A stretch of DNA of 64,000 nucleotides from an uncultured Desulfovibrio sp. (GTDB taxonomy: Bacteria; Desulfobacterota; Desulfovibrionia; Desulfovibrionales; Desulfovibrionaceae). Location: positions 18,470-82,469 of the forward strand of contig NZ_CALUYG010000004.1 in NCBI RefSeq assembly GCF_944324935.1, written 5' to 3'. Positions 36,296 through 45,625 of the stretch are shown in pieces (positions within the stretch are counted from its first letter, which is position 1; every line of letters starts with the position of its first letter). A program made the position numbers and the translations under genes. The notes beneath the pieces are model-generated. The model saw only the letters and a list, made by a program, of their open reading frames with translations. It was not told the DNA's origin and did not search any database.

Positions 36296-37729
36296 TTACT
36301 TCTTTTCGATGGTGAGCGCCTTGAAGAGTGTGTCGCCGCGCCGCATGACCTGCAGCATGATGGCCCCGCGCTTCACGCCTACTTCCTTGACGATCCTGGA
36401 GAGCGCCTCGGGAGTGTTCACCGGCTTGCGGTCAGCCCGCAGGATGATGTCGCCGGGGCGGATGTCGGCTTCGGCGGCGGCCTTGTCGGGATTGACTTCC
36501 AGCACGAGGATGCCTTCCTTGTCCGGCAGATCCATTTCCTGACGTTCTTCGGCCTTGAGCGACCGCACTGTGAGGCCCAGCAGGCCTTCATCCCGCTTCT
36601 TGCCGTCCTTGCCGGGGGCGGCGGCGTTCTGGGAGCTCTGGCGTTCGCCAAGGGTGACGTCCATCACCTGCTCCTTGCCGCCGCGCCAGATGCCCAGCTT
36701 GACGATGCTGCCGGGCTTCTTGGCGGCGATGGCGCGCAGCAGCGCGGAGGAGTCGGCGATGCTTTCGCCGTCCACGCTGACGATGACGTCGCCATCTTCG
36801 ATGCCGGCCTTGGCGGCGGGCTCGCCTTCCAGCGTGCTGGCCACCAGCGCCCCACGGGGCGTTTCCATGCCGATGGCCCTGGCCATGGCTTCATCCACGT
36901 CCTGGATGGTCACGCCGATCCAGCCGCGGCTGACCTTCTTGCCGCTCTTGATCTGTTCGATGATGTTGGCGGCCATATTACTGGGGATGGCAAAGCCGAT
37001 CCCCTGCCCGCTGGCGATGATGGCGGTATTGATGCCGATCACGTCGCCGTCCATATTCAGGAGCGGGCCCCCGGAGTTGCCGGGATTGATGGAACAGTCC
37101 GTCTGCAGGAAGTTGTCGAACGGCCCGGAGCGGATGTTGCGGCCCTTGGCGGACAGGATGCCGGAGGTCACCGTGTGGTCAAGGCCGAAGGGATTGCCGA
37201 TGGCCATGAGCCATTCGCCCACCTTGAGCGCATCGGAATTGCCGAACTTGAGGAAGGGCAATTCCTTCTTGGCGTCCACCTTGAGCAGGGCGAGGTCGGT
37301 CTCCTCGTCGGCGCCGATGAGCTTGGCCACGAGCGGCGTGGGCTTGCCGTTGCTCTCGTCGAGGGTGACGTGGATCACGTCGGCATCGGCCACCACATGA
37401 TTGTTGGTGACGATATAGCCGTCAGCCGAGATGATGAAGCCCGAACCAAGAGACTTCTGCTTTTTTTGCGGGGCACGCTGTCCGCCGCGCGGGCCTGCGC
37501 CGAACTGATCGAAGAACTGCCCGAAACCGGGGGGCATGTTGCGGAACATCTCGCCGAAGAATTCTTCGGGACCGCCCCCCTGGGCCGTGCGTTCCGTGCC
37601 GATATTGACCACCGCCGGGCCGCACTTGGCGGCCAGCGTGGAAAAATCGGGAAGCGTGGCGGCCTGCGCCAGGCTGCCCATCATAAGCAGCGTGGCCAGC
37701 GCCAGAGCAAGGGGTTTTCTCATTTTCAT
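36296..37729 (-). CDS. degP: DegP/HtrA periplasmic serine protease with two PDZ domains
   Basis: SLGSGFII, VTNNHVV, TDLALLK, LQTDCSINPGNSGGPL; signal peptide. Confidence 0.93.
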   Translation of the reverse strand: MKMRKPLALALATLLMMGSLAQAATLPDFSTLAAKCGPAVVNIGTERTAQGGGPEEFFGEMFRNMPPGFGQFFDQFGAGPRGGQRAPQKKQKSLGSGFIISADGYIVTNNHVVADADVIHVTLDESNGKPTPLVAKLIGADEETDLALLKVDAKKELPFLKFGNSDALKVGEWLMAIGNPFGLDHTVTSGILSAKGRNIRSGPFDNFLQTDCSINPGNSGGPLLNMDGDVIGINTAIIASGQGIGFAIPSNMAANIIEQIKSGKKVSRGWIGVTIQDVDEAMARAIGMETPRGALVASTLEGEPAAKAGIEDGDVIVSVDGESIADSSALLRAIAAKKPGSIVKLGIWRGGKEQVMDVTLGERQSSQNAAAPGKDGKKRDEGLLGLTVRSLKAEERQEMDLPDKEGILVLEVNPDKAAAEADIRPGDIILRADRKPVNTPEALSRIVKEVGVKRGAIMLQVMRRGDTLFKALTIEKK

Positions 37730-37740
37730 AGGGAAGCTCC

Positions 37741-39210
37741 TTAGGCTTTCTTTTGCAGAGCCTTCTGCAAAGCCTGTGCCATGATCCCCATCCCAGCACC
37801 CTGTCCGGCGGGCCCCGTGCTGGCATGCTGCTTCCAGTCGTTGTCACGGGGCTTTTCTGTCACTTCCACCCCTTCGGGGGCAAGGCTGATGCGACGGGCG
37901 GCGGTGTCCAGATTCTGGACGACCAGCTTGACGTTGTCGCCCTTGTCGAGGCTGGTGTATTCGCTTTTCTTGGCGTTCTTGATGACGCCGGCCGGGAGCA
38001 GGCCCGTGATGCCCGGAGCCAGCGTCACGAAGACGCCGAACTTGCTCTGGCTCTCCACCGTGCCTTCCACCACCGTGCCCACGGCAAAGCGGCTGGCGGC
38101 ATCCTGCCACGGGTCGCCTTCGGCGTCCCGCATGCTCAGGGAGATACGGCGCGTTTCGGGATTGATGTCCTTGATCTTCACGGAGACCGTATCTCCGGGG
38201 GCCACCACGTCCTCGGCCTTGTTCACGCGCTTGGTCCAGGACATTTCGGAAAGGTGCACGAGGCCTTCCACGCCGGGCAGCAGTTCCACAAAGGCGCCGA
38301 AGGGAGCCAGGCGGGTCACCTTGCCTTCCATGACGCTGCCCACGCTCAGGCGGTCGGTCACCTGGGCCCAGGGATCGCCCTCAGCCTGCTTGCGGGAAAG
38401 GGAGATGCGGGTACGCCCCTTGTCGTCCGTGCTCACGGACAGCAGCTTGGCGCGCACCATATCGCCGGGCGAGACGGCCTCGTCGGCGGCGCCCACGCGC
38501 GACCACGACAGTTCGGAGAGGTGGATCATGCCTTCCACCGCCGGGGCCAGTTCCATGAAGGCCCCGAAGGGGGCAAGGCGCGTGATGCGGCCTTCGACGG
38601 TATCGCCCACCTTGATGCTGGTCAGGAGCTTTTCCAGATTGTCCTGCCGTTCGCGTTCCAGCAGCGCCCGGCGGGAAACCACGATGTTGCGGCCGCGATT
38701 CTCCACGCGCAGTACCACGAACTGCATGGTACGGCCCACGACGGATTCGGCATCGCCCGTGGCGGCGGCATCCATCTGGCTGCCGGGGCAGAAGGCGGTC
38801 TTGCCGAGTACTTCCACCGTATAGCCGCCCTTGCAGGAGGCCACGACGCGACCATCCACCGGGACGCCGGACTGGCAGGCTTCTTCCAGGGCGGCCATGC
38901 CGCTGCCGCTCATGGAGCGCGAAAGGCGGATCTCGTGGGGGTTGACGCCCACGACCCATACCTCGATGCTGTCGCCGGGGGCTGCCATTTCCTTGCCTTC
39001 GGCATCGAGAATGTCCTTGCGATCCATGACGCCGTCCACCTTGATGCCCACATCGACAAAGACGGAATCACCATTGATCTCGATGATCTTTCCCGTCACC
39101 TTCTGGCCCGTCTGCAGGCGAGGCGCGGCGGCTTCCTGCGCGGCGAAAAGGGTGGCGAAATCTTCCTGGGCGTCGTCATGGCCCTGCTGGGTCTGCAATT
39201 CCTCGGTCAT
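37741..39210 (-). CDS. rpsA: 30S ribosomal protein S1-family protein with five S1 domains
   Basis: Repeated FGAFMEL/FGAFVEL..VEGLVHLSEMSW..RISLS motifs. Confidence 0.85.
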   Translation of the reverse strand: MTEELQTQQGHDDAQEDFATLFAAQEAAAPRLQTGQKVTGKIIEINGDSVFVDVGIKVDGVMDRKDILDAEGKEMAAPGDSIEVWVVGVNPHEIRLSRSMSGSGMAALEEACQSGVPVDGRVVASCKGGYTVEVLGKTAFCPGSQMDAAATGDAESVVGRTMQFVVLRVENRGRNIVVSRRALLERERQDNLEKLLTSIKVGDTVEGRITRLAPFGAFMELAPAVEGMIHLSELSWSRVGAADEAVSPGDMVRAKLLSVSTDDKGRTRISLSRKQAEGDPWAQVTDRLSVGSVMEGKVTRLAPFGAFVELLPGVEGLVHLSEMSWTKRVNKAEDVVAPGDTVSVKIKDINPETRRISLSMRDAEGDPWQDAASRFAVGTVVEGTVESQSKFGVFVTLAPGITGLLPAGVIKNAKKSEYTSLDKGDNVKLVVQNLDTAARRISLAPEGVEVTEKPRDNDWKQHASTGPAGQGAGMGIMAQALQKALQKKA

Positions 39211-39367
39211 GTATTACTCCTTGAAAGGTATGGTCTCAAACATGAGGGGAGCACTTTACCCCATTACGGGACAGAAGACAATCAAGAGGCGAGGCCTCCG
39301 GCGGCGTGCTCCCCCCTGTGCAAAAACTGGACGGCGTATGATTTTTGGACAGTCCCCGGGCGGACGT

Positions 39368-40216
39368 TCAGTACATGCGGCGCATGAGGCGGGAGGACAG
39401 GCGCTGCACCAGCGGCGAGCGTGGCGAACGCTTGAGCGGCGCGGGCAGCATGACCGCCAGCTGCGCGGCCTCCCGCTTGCTCAGGGCGGCAGCCGGCTTG
39501 CCGAAATAGTGCCGTGAGGCCGCTTCCGCACCGAAGATGCCCTGTCCCCACTCCACCACGTTCAGATAAAGTTCCAGGATCCGTTTTTTATCGAGCCAGA
39601 TCTCCAGACGTGCCGTCATGATGGCTTCCTTGAATTTACGCAGCAGGGAGCGTTCGGGCGAAAACCAGAGGTTTTTGGCCAGTTGCTGGGTGATGGTGCT
39701 GCCGCCTGCCGCCAGTCTGCCCTTTTCCCAGTTGCGTAGGGCCGCCTGCCAGAGCAGTTCGACGTCAAAGCCGTGATGCGTATAGAAGCGGTCGTCTTCC
39801 GAGGCGACGACGGCCTGTCGCAACCAGGGGGAGATGCGCTCCAGCGGGACCCAGCGCTGCCGGAGCCGCCATGTCTTGTCGGGGTGGGCCGCCACGAAGG
39901 CTTCGCGGCGCAGGGCCATCATGGCCGTTTCCCCGGGTTCCCAGGCCATGAGGGGGATGACCGGCGGCAGCGCCAGATAGCGGAAGATGTCCAGGCAGAT
40001 CAGAAAGACCGCCCAGCGCAGCAGGCCGCGCACAGGATGCCGCCGCAGATGCGCGGCATAGCGGCGCAGGCATTCCCGCCAGCCCGGCTGAGGCTGCTGA
40101 GGCTGCCGGACGGCCCTGCCCGCATGTTTTGCCGGGAGGGGCCCCGGCCCGGCAGGCGGACAGGGGACGGCGGTGGTCTGGGGAGGGGGCGTCGGACGGG
40201 GGGGAGACTTCAGCAT
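39368..40216 (-). CDS. mtgA: Monofunctional peptidoglycan transglycosylase
   Basis: AVVASEDDRFYTHHGFD, GGSTITQQLAKNLW, RKFKE, ILELYLN; start tentative. Confidence 0.9.
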   Translation of the reverse strand: MLKSPPRPTPPPQTTAVPCPPAGPGPLPAKHAGRAVRQPQQPQPGWRECLRRYAAHLRRHPVRGLLRWAVFLICLDIFRYLALPPVIPLMAWEPGETAMMALRREAFVAAHPDKTWRLRQRWVPLERISPWLRQAVVASEDDRFYTHHGFDVELLWQAALRNWEKGRLAAGGSTITQQLAKNLWFSPERSLLRKFKEAIMTARLEIWLDKKRILELYLNVVEWGQGIFGAEAASRHYFGKPAAALSKREAAQLAVMLPAPLKRSPRSPLVQRLSSRLMRRMY

Positions 40217-40250
40217 GGCGGCCTCACGGGCGACAGCCCGGGGCAAAAAG

Positions 40251-40280
40251 AAAAACGTCCAGGAGGACAGCTCCCGGACG
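40251..40280 (-). terminator. Terminator after tRNA-Met
   Basis: CGTCCGGGAG/CTCCTGGACG stem followed by TTTTT on the minus strand. Confidence 0.7.
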
Positions 40281-40290
40281 TCATGCATTC

Positions 40291-40367
40291 TGGTAGCAAG
40301 GGAGGGATTTGAACCCCCGACACTGCGGGTATGAACCGCATGCTCTGACCAACTGAGCTACCTTGCC
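40291..40367 (-). tRNA. tRNA-Met (CAT), elongator type
   Basis: GGCAAGGTAGCTCAGTTGGTCAGAGCATGCGGTTCATACCCGCAGTGTCGGGGGTTCAAATCCCTCCCTTGCTACCA; encoded CCA; G2:C71 and C3:G70 pairs, no initiator features. Confidence 0.93.
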
Positions 40368-40394
40368 GTGTGCTTTCCATCAAGCGCGAAGAAG

Positions 40395-40423
40395 AACTTA
40401 GACAACCTTCCGTTTTTTGGCAA
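40395..40423 (-). promoter_or_regulatory. Candidate sigma70 promoter of tRNA-Met
   Basis: TTGCCA-N17-TAAGTT preceded by an A-tract. Confidence 0.55.
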
Positions 40424-40462
40424 GCATTTTTTTCAGGCCAGCCCGATTTTTTTTGCAGGGCC

Positions 40463-41260
40463 TCAGTATACCATGAAATAAAAGACGAAGGGCGCCAGCA
40501 CGAGCCGGTAGATGGCAAAGGGGATCAGGGTGATCCGCCCGACCAGCGCCACAAAGGCCTTGATGGCGACCAGCGCGGAAAGGAAGGCCCCCACCATGCC
40601 CACGGCAAAGAAGGGGATGTCCGCCGCGGTGAAGAGATGCCAGCTCTTGAGCATGTCATAGCCTGTGGCGGCGACCATGATGGGCACGGCGGCGATGAAG
40701 GAGTATTCCGCGGCCACGTTGCGCTTGGCGCCGAGGATCATGCCGCCCATGATGGTGGATGCCGAACGGGAAAAGCCCGGCCAGAGGGCGAGGCACTGGA
40801 AGAGCCCGATGCCCAGCGCGAGCCGGGGCGTCATTTCGTCCAGCGTCACGCAGGAGGGGCGGTACTTGCGCCGCTCCACCACGATCATCATAATGGCCCC
40901 CACCACCAGCGCCAGCAGCACCGTGGTGGGCGTGAACAGATGTTTCTTGATGGTGGAATGCAGGAGCAGTCCCACGAGGCAGGCCGGCAGGCAGGTCAGG
41001 ACAAGCAGGACGATGCCGCGCATGCCGGCGAAACGTACATAGGGCTGCGGGCGCAGCAGCCCCAGGAAGCGTTCCCGATAGAGCACCACCACCGCCATGA
41101 TGGCGCCGAGCTGGATGACCACGTTGAAGGTCGCGGCCTTTTCGCCCACGAAATTGAGCAGATCGCTGGCCAGGATGAGATGGCCCGAGGAGGAGACGGG
41201 CAGATATTCCGTGAGTCCTTCCACAATGCTGAGGATGAGGGCCACAAAAAGATTGTCCAT
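40463..41260 (-). CDS. uppP: Undecaprenyl-diphosphate phosphatase
   Basis: VEGLTEYLPVSSSGHL, IQLGAIMAVV, LALWPGFSRSASTI, AEYSF. Confidence 0.95.
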   Translation of the reverse strand: MDNLFVALILSIVEGLTEYLPVSSSGHLILASDLLNFVGEKAATFNVVIQLGAIMAVVVLYRERFLGLLRPQPYVRFAGMRGIVLLVLTCLPACLVGLLLHSTIKKHLFTPTTVLLALVVGAIMMIVVERRKYRPSCVTLDEMTPRLALGIGLFQCLALWPGFSRSASTIMGGMILGAKRNVAAEYSFIAAVPIMVAATGYDMLKSWHLFTAADIPFFAVGMVGAFLSALVAIKAFVALVGRITLIPFAIYRLVLAPFVFYFMVY

Positions 41261-41414
41261 GATTTCCCCTGTGCGCCCCGGCTCTCCTTGCCAGAGGGCA
41301 CGACTTTGGCTAGTGGTTGAGAAGGATATGCCCGGCGGGCCGGGCCGTCTCTTCAGCATAAAAGCGGACGCCTGCCGCCTGCGGCGGGTCGGGCCGCACG
41401 CAAGGAGGTTCCCT

Positions 41415-41630
41415 ATGACGACGATCATGCCGCAAAGCGAACTTGTGCGCCGCGCGGCGGCCTATGTGGCGGCCGAACTGGCGGAAAAAGGGCGGGCCGG
41501 GCTCTCCGCCCTGCTGGATGACGCCGCCATGCGCTTCAACCTCAGTCCCCTCGATCAGCTCGCGCTGGAGCGCCTTTTCGCAACGCGGGACGGGGGATCC
41601 GCCCCTTCGCAGCCGTCGCACGACGATTGA
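41415..41630 (+). CDS. Small hypothetical protein (71 aa)
   Basis: AAGGAGG RBS; MTTIMPQSEL..RRA...LLDDAAMRFNLSPLD. Confidence 0.7.
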   Translation: MTTIMPQSELVRRAAAYVAAELAEKGRAGLSALLDDAAMRFNLSPLDQLALERLFATRDGGSAPSQPSHDD

Positions 41631-41674
41631 GGGAGACCGCGGCAAGGGGCGGGACGTCCCTGCCCCGCCGTCGT

Positions 41675-43651
41675 CTACCCTATCCGGCTGCCGTCGGGCA
41701 TGCTGCCGCCGGGCTGCAGGAGGACGAGCCTGCCGTCCTGCTCCGCCGTGAGCACCATGCCATGAGACATGAGGCCGCGTATCTTGCGGGGAGCCAGGTT
41801 GAGCACGGCGCACACCTGTTTGCCCACGAGTTCTTCCGGCGTAAAGAATTCCGCCAGCCCGGAGAGGATCTGCCGCGGCTGCCCTTCTCCGAAGTCGATT
41901 TCAAGGCGCAGGATGCGGTCGGCATTGGGGTGGCGATCGCAGACGCGCACCGTGCCCACGCGCAGATCCGCGGCCTTGAACTGTTCGAAGCTGATCTCTT
42001 CCGCCGGTCCCGCGGGCGCGGGGGCCGCCTTCGCCTTTTGCGCGGCCTTTTCGGCCTTGCTCTTTTCCTTCTCGGCCCTGGCGGCGGCTTCGGCCGCCTT
42101 GGCCCGGGCCGCGACGTCGATACGCGGGAAAAGGTTGGAGGCGGCCGCCAGCGGCGTGCCCGCCGTCAGTCCGGCGAATGTCTCCATCTCCCGCTCCAGA
42201 TCGCAGGCCGGAGCCGTCTCGCCGCTGGCTGGCTGACCGAGCTGGGTCAGCATGGCCGCCGCCGACTGCGGCATGACCGGCCAGAGGCAGAGGGCCACCT
42301 TGCGCATGGCCGTGAGCAGGGTGTGCATCACCGTATCCAGGCGCTCGGTATCGCCCTGCTTGGACAGGGCCCACGGCGCCTGCGAATCCACATACTTGTT
42401 GCAGGCGCGCACCAGTTCCCAGAGGGATTCCAGCGCCTGCGAGAACTGGACGGCGTCGAAGAGCTGCACATAATTCTGAACGGCCGTGAGGCAAAGTTCG
42501 GCAATGGCCTCGTCCTCTTCGCGCAGGCTGCCGCAAGGGGGCGTCTTGCCGTCGCAGAATTTGGCGGTCATGGACAGCACGCGGCTGTAGAGGTTGCCCA
42601 GATCATTGGCCAGATCGGCATTTATGCGGGTGACGATGCTCTCCTCGCTGAAGCTGGCGTCGGAACCGAAGTGCATCTCCCGCAGGAGGAAGTAGCGGAA
42701 GGCGTCCAGACCGAATTCCTGGCTCATGGCCAGCGGATCGACGACGTTCCCCAGGGATTTTGACATCTTGGTATCCCGCACCAGCCAGTAGCCGTGCACG
42801 TTCAGGTGCTGGTAGAGGGGCAGGCCCGCGGCCTTGAGCATGGTGGGCCAGAAGATGGCGTGGGGTTTGAGGATATCCTTGGCCACCAGATGTTCGCCCG
42901 GCCAGTAGCGGGCATAATCGGGGCCATCCGGCCAGCCCAGCGCGCTGATGTAGTTGAGCAGCGCATCGAACCAGACGTAGCAGACGTAATCCCTGTCGAA
43001 GGGCAGCTCGATGCCCCAGGTCAGGCGGCTCTTGGGGCGGGAGATGCACAGGTCTTCCAGCGCTCCGGATTCCAGCATGCCCAGCACTTCATTACGATAG
43101 CGTTCCGGCCGGATGAAGTCGGGGTTGGCAAGGATGTGCTCCTTCAGCCAGGGGAGATATTTGGACATGCGGAAGAAGTAGTTCTTCTCGCTGATGAATT
43201 CCGGCTTGGTGAGGTGCTGCGGGCAGAGGCCGTTCTCCAGCTCCTTTTCCGTATAGAAGCGTTCGCAGCCATAGCAGTAGTGGCCCCCGAACTCGCCGAA
43301 ATAAATGTCTCCGGCGTCGTAGACCTGCTGCAAAAAGCGCTGTACGCGGGCCTTGTGGTCGGCGTCGGTGGTGCGCACGAAGCGGTCGTTGGCAATGCCG
43401 AGCTGCGGCCAGAGCGCGCGGAACTGACCGCTGATGGCGTCCACGAATTCCTGTGGGCTCTGGCCCTGCTTTTCGGCGGACTGTACGATCTTGTCGCCGT
43501 GCTCGTCCGTGCCGGTCAGAAAGAGGGTGTCATCTCCTTTCAGGCGATGGAAGCGGGCCAGACAGTCCGCCACGATGGTGGTATAGGCATGGCCCAGATG
43601 CGGCCGGGCATTGACGTAGTAAATGGGCGTGGTGATGAAAAAGTGGGACAC
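41675..43651 (-). CDS. metG: Methionine--tRNA ligase with C-terminal tRNA-binding domain
   Basis: ITTPIYYVNARPHLGHAY, LTGTDEHG, YVWFDALLNY, KMSKSLGN, DLRVGTV. Confidence 0.98.
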   Translation of the reverse strand: MSHFFITTPIYYVNARPHLGHAYTTIVADCLARFHRLKGDDTLFLTGTDEHGDKIVQSAEKQGQSPQEFVDAISGQFRALWPQLGIANDRFVRTTDADHKARVQRFLQQVYDAGDIYFGEFGGHYCYGCERFYTEKELENGLCPQHLTKPEFISEKNYFFRMSKYLPWLKEHILANPDFIRPERYRNEVLGMLESGALEDLCISRPKSRLTWGIELPFDRDYVCYVWFDALLNYISALGWPDGPDYARYWPGEHLVAKDILKPHAIFWPTMLKAAGLPLYQHLNVHGYWLVRDTKMSKSLGNVVDPLAMSQEFGLDAFRYFLLREMHFGSDASFSEESIVTRINADLANDLGNLYSRVLSMTAKFCDGKTPPCGSLREEDEAIAELCLTAVQNYVQLFDAVQFSQALESLWELVRACNKYVDSQAPWALSKQGDTERLDTVMHTLLTAMRKVALCLWPVMPQSAAAMLTQLGQPASGETAPACDLEREMETFAGLTAGTPLAAASNLFPRIDVAARAKAAEAAARAEKEKSKAEKAAQKAKAAPAPAGPAEEISFEQFKAADLRVGTVRVCDRHPNADRILRLEIDFGEGQPRQILSGLAEFFTPEELVGKQVCAVLNLAPRKIRGLMSHGMVLTAEQDGRLVLLQPGGSMPDGSRIG

Positions 43652-43662
43652 CGGGTCGCTCC

Positions 43663-44763
43663 TTACGGTTGTTCGGTGGAGGGGCCGTCGTCGTCCGCGC
43701 TGCGGGCGGCCGGCTTGCGGCGGCGTTTGCGGCGGGCTTTGCCGCCCTCGCCCTGCCCCGCGGCCGGCTGGGCGGCGCTGGCGGCCATGCCGTCGGCGCT
43801 GTCTCCGGCCTCCGGCAAAAGATCATGGAAGCGGGACAGATCATCATCGATGGTGTCCGGCGTGGCGGAAACGATGAGCATGCCGTCCGCGGCGGGCGAG
43901 GCTGCCGGTCTGGCCTGGGCCTTGCCCTGCCCCGCCGCCTGCTGCTGTTGCGGCGCTTCGGGGCGGTGGGGATCAAGGGCCTGCCATTCTTCAAGCGTCA
44001 GTTCAAGTTCTTCATTGTTCTCGTTGAGGACGGAAAGCGAATTGCGGAACATGTTGGCCCGCAGGACCTTCATGCTGCCCTGCGTGGTCTGGTATTTCTT
44101 GCCCAGGCGGGGGCAGTGGCGGTGGAAGCGGTCGTAATTCTCCTGCTCATAGGCCAGGCAGCACAGAAGGCGGCCGCAGATGCCGGAGATCTTGGCCGGA
44201 TTGAGGAACAGGTTCTGTTCCTTGGCCATGCGGATGGTCACCGGCGCGAACTTGCGCAAATAGCGGCGGCAGCAGCAGACCATACCGCAGTTGCCCACAG
44301 CGCCCACCATCTGGGTCTCATGGCGCACGCCTATCTGGCGTAGTTCGATGCGGGCGCGGTATTCACGCACCAGATCCTTCACCAGCTCCCTGAAGTCGAT
44401 GCGCGCCGGGGCGGTAAAGTAAAAGATGAACTTGCTGCGGTCAAAATAGACTTCCACTTCCACAAGTTTCATGTCCAGACGGCGCTGCCGGATGCACTGC
44501 CGGCAGAAGGCCGCGGCCTCCTGCGCCAGGACGGCATTGCTGCGGGCGCGTTCCTTGTCTTCCGCCGTTGCCGGGCGCAGGATGTCCTGTGCGGTGTCGG
44601 CATAGGGCGCGGGCAGGCTTTCATGTGGCCCGGAAACGACCTCGGCCAGGGCTTCGCCCTGCTCGGCGGCAACGATCACCTGATCGCCGGGACGCAGCGT
44701 ATCCGGGCCGGAATAATAGCACGTCTGGCCGAGCGTACGGAATTTCAGGCCATAAAGGGGCAT
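43663..44763 (-). CDS. ricT: PSP1/RicT (YaaT)-family protein
   Basis: FYFTAPARIDFRELVKDL...RIELRQIGVRHE, GNCGMVCCC, KISGICGRLLCCLAYE. Confidence 0.85.
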   Translation of the reverse strand: MPLYGLKFRTLGQTCYYSGPDTLRPGDQVIVAAEQGEALAEVVSGPHESLPAPYADTAQDILRPATAEDKERARSNAVLAQEAAAFCRQCIRQRRLDMKLVEVEVYFDRSKFIFYFTAPARIDFRELVKDLVREYRARIELRQIGVRHETQMVGAVGNCGMVCCCRRYLRKFAPVTIRMAKEQNLFLNPAKISGICGRLLCCLAYEQENYDRFHRHCPRLGKKYQTTQGSMKVLRANMFRNSLSVLNENNEELELTLEEWQALDPHRPEAPQQQQAAGQGKAQARPAASPAADGMLIVSATPDTIDDDLSRFHDLLPEAGDSADGMAASAAQPAAGQGEGGKARRKRRRKPAARSADDDGPSTEQP

Positions 44764-44914
44764 GGCTATACGGAACCTCGTGAAGAAATCGTGACGACAA
44801 ACAGTGCTTTTCCGACATATTCCGCGCGCTGTCAACACAGGGGGCTCCTCCCTTGCCAAGCGTTGCCGCCTGACATAGGCTTAAGATACTTTTTTCTGAC
44901 GAGGTGCAACTCAT

Positions 44915-45472
44915 ATGATATCCCGTAAGGATGCGCTGGCCCTGCTGGCGGAACATGGCGTGGAAGGCGGTCTTTTGCAGCACAGTACGGCGTCGGCGGC
45001 GGTCATGGCCGCGCTGGCGCGTCACTTCGGCGAGGATGAGGAGCTCTGGGCGCTGACGGGCCTGCTGCATGACGTGGACTATCCGGCCACCATGCAGGAA
45101 CCGCAGCGGCACGGACTGGCGGCCGGCGAACTGCTGGCGGGCAGGCTGCCGGAGGAGGCCCTTACGGCCATCCGGGCCCATAACGGCGAGATGACGGGCG
45201 TCATGCCGCAAAGCCGGCTGGATCATGCCCTGCGCTGCGCGGAGACCGTTACCGGGCTGGTGAGCGCCGCGGCCCTCATGCGGCCCACGGGCTATGAGGG
45301 CATGGAAAGCAAGAGCATCAAGAAGAAGATGAAGGACAAGGCCTTCGCCGCCAGCGTCAACCGGGACAATATCCGGGAATGCGAGAAGATCGGCCTGGAG
45401 CTGGACGCCTTCCTCACGCTGGTCATCGCCGCCATGAAGGCGGAACATGACGCCGCGCAGCCGGCCGCCTGA
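44915..45472 (+). CDS. HD/HDIG-domain phosphohydrolase
   Basis: LLQHS, GLLHDVDY, AIRAHN, LVSAAALMRP. Confidence 0.85.
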   Translation: MISRKDALALLAEHGVEGGLLQHSTASAAVMAALARHFGEDEELWALTGLLHDVDYPATMQEPQRHGLAAGELLAGRLPEEALTAIRAHNGEMTGVMPQSRLDHALRCAETVTGLVSAAALMRPTGYEGMESKSIKKKMKDKAFAASVNRDNIRECEKIGLELDAFLTLVIAAMKAEHDAAQPAA

Positions 45473-45625
45473 GAGGCGTCCCGGCTGATCTTTCGCCAGC
45501 GCTGCGGCGCGGCGGCAGGGGCGATACGTCTTTTTCGGACCGGGGAGAGCCGCCCTCCGCGGCGGCCCTCCGGCCGCAGGACGCCAACACTTCCGGTTCC
45601 GGCCGGGACACAAGGAGAGGGAACG

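Noticed and set aside
40291-40367. CAT tRNA as tRNA-Ile2 or initiator tRNA, or as an integration site
   Set aside because: The acceptor stem has elongator-Met pairs, with no C1:A72 mismatch and no three consecutive G:C anticodon pairs. No duplicated 3' end was seen; a terminator and mtgA follow directly
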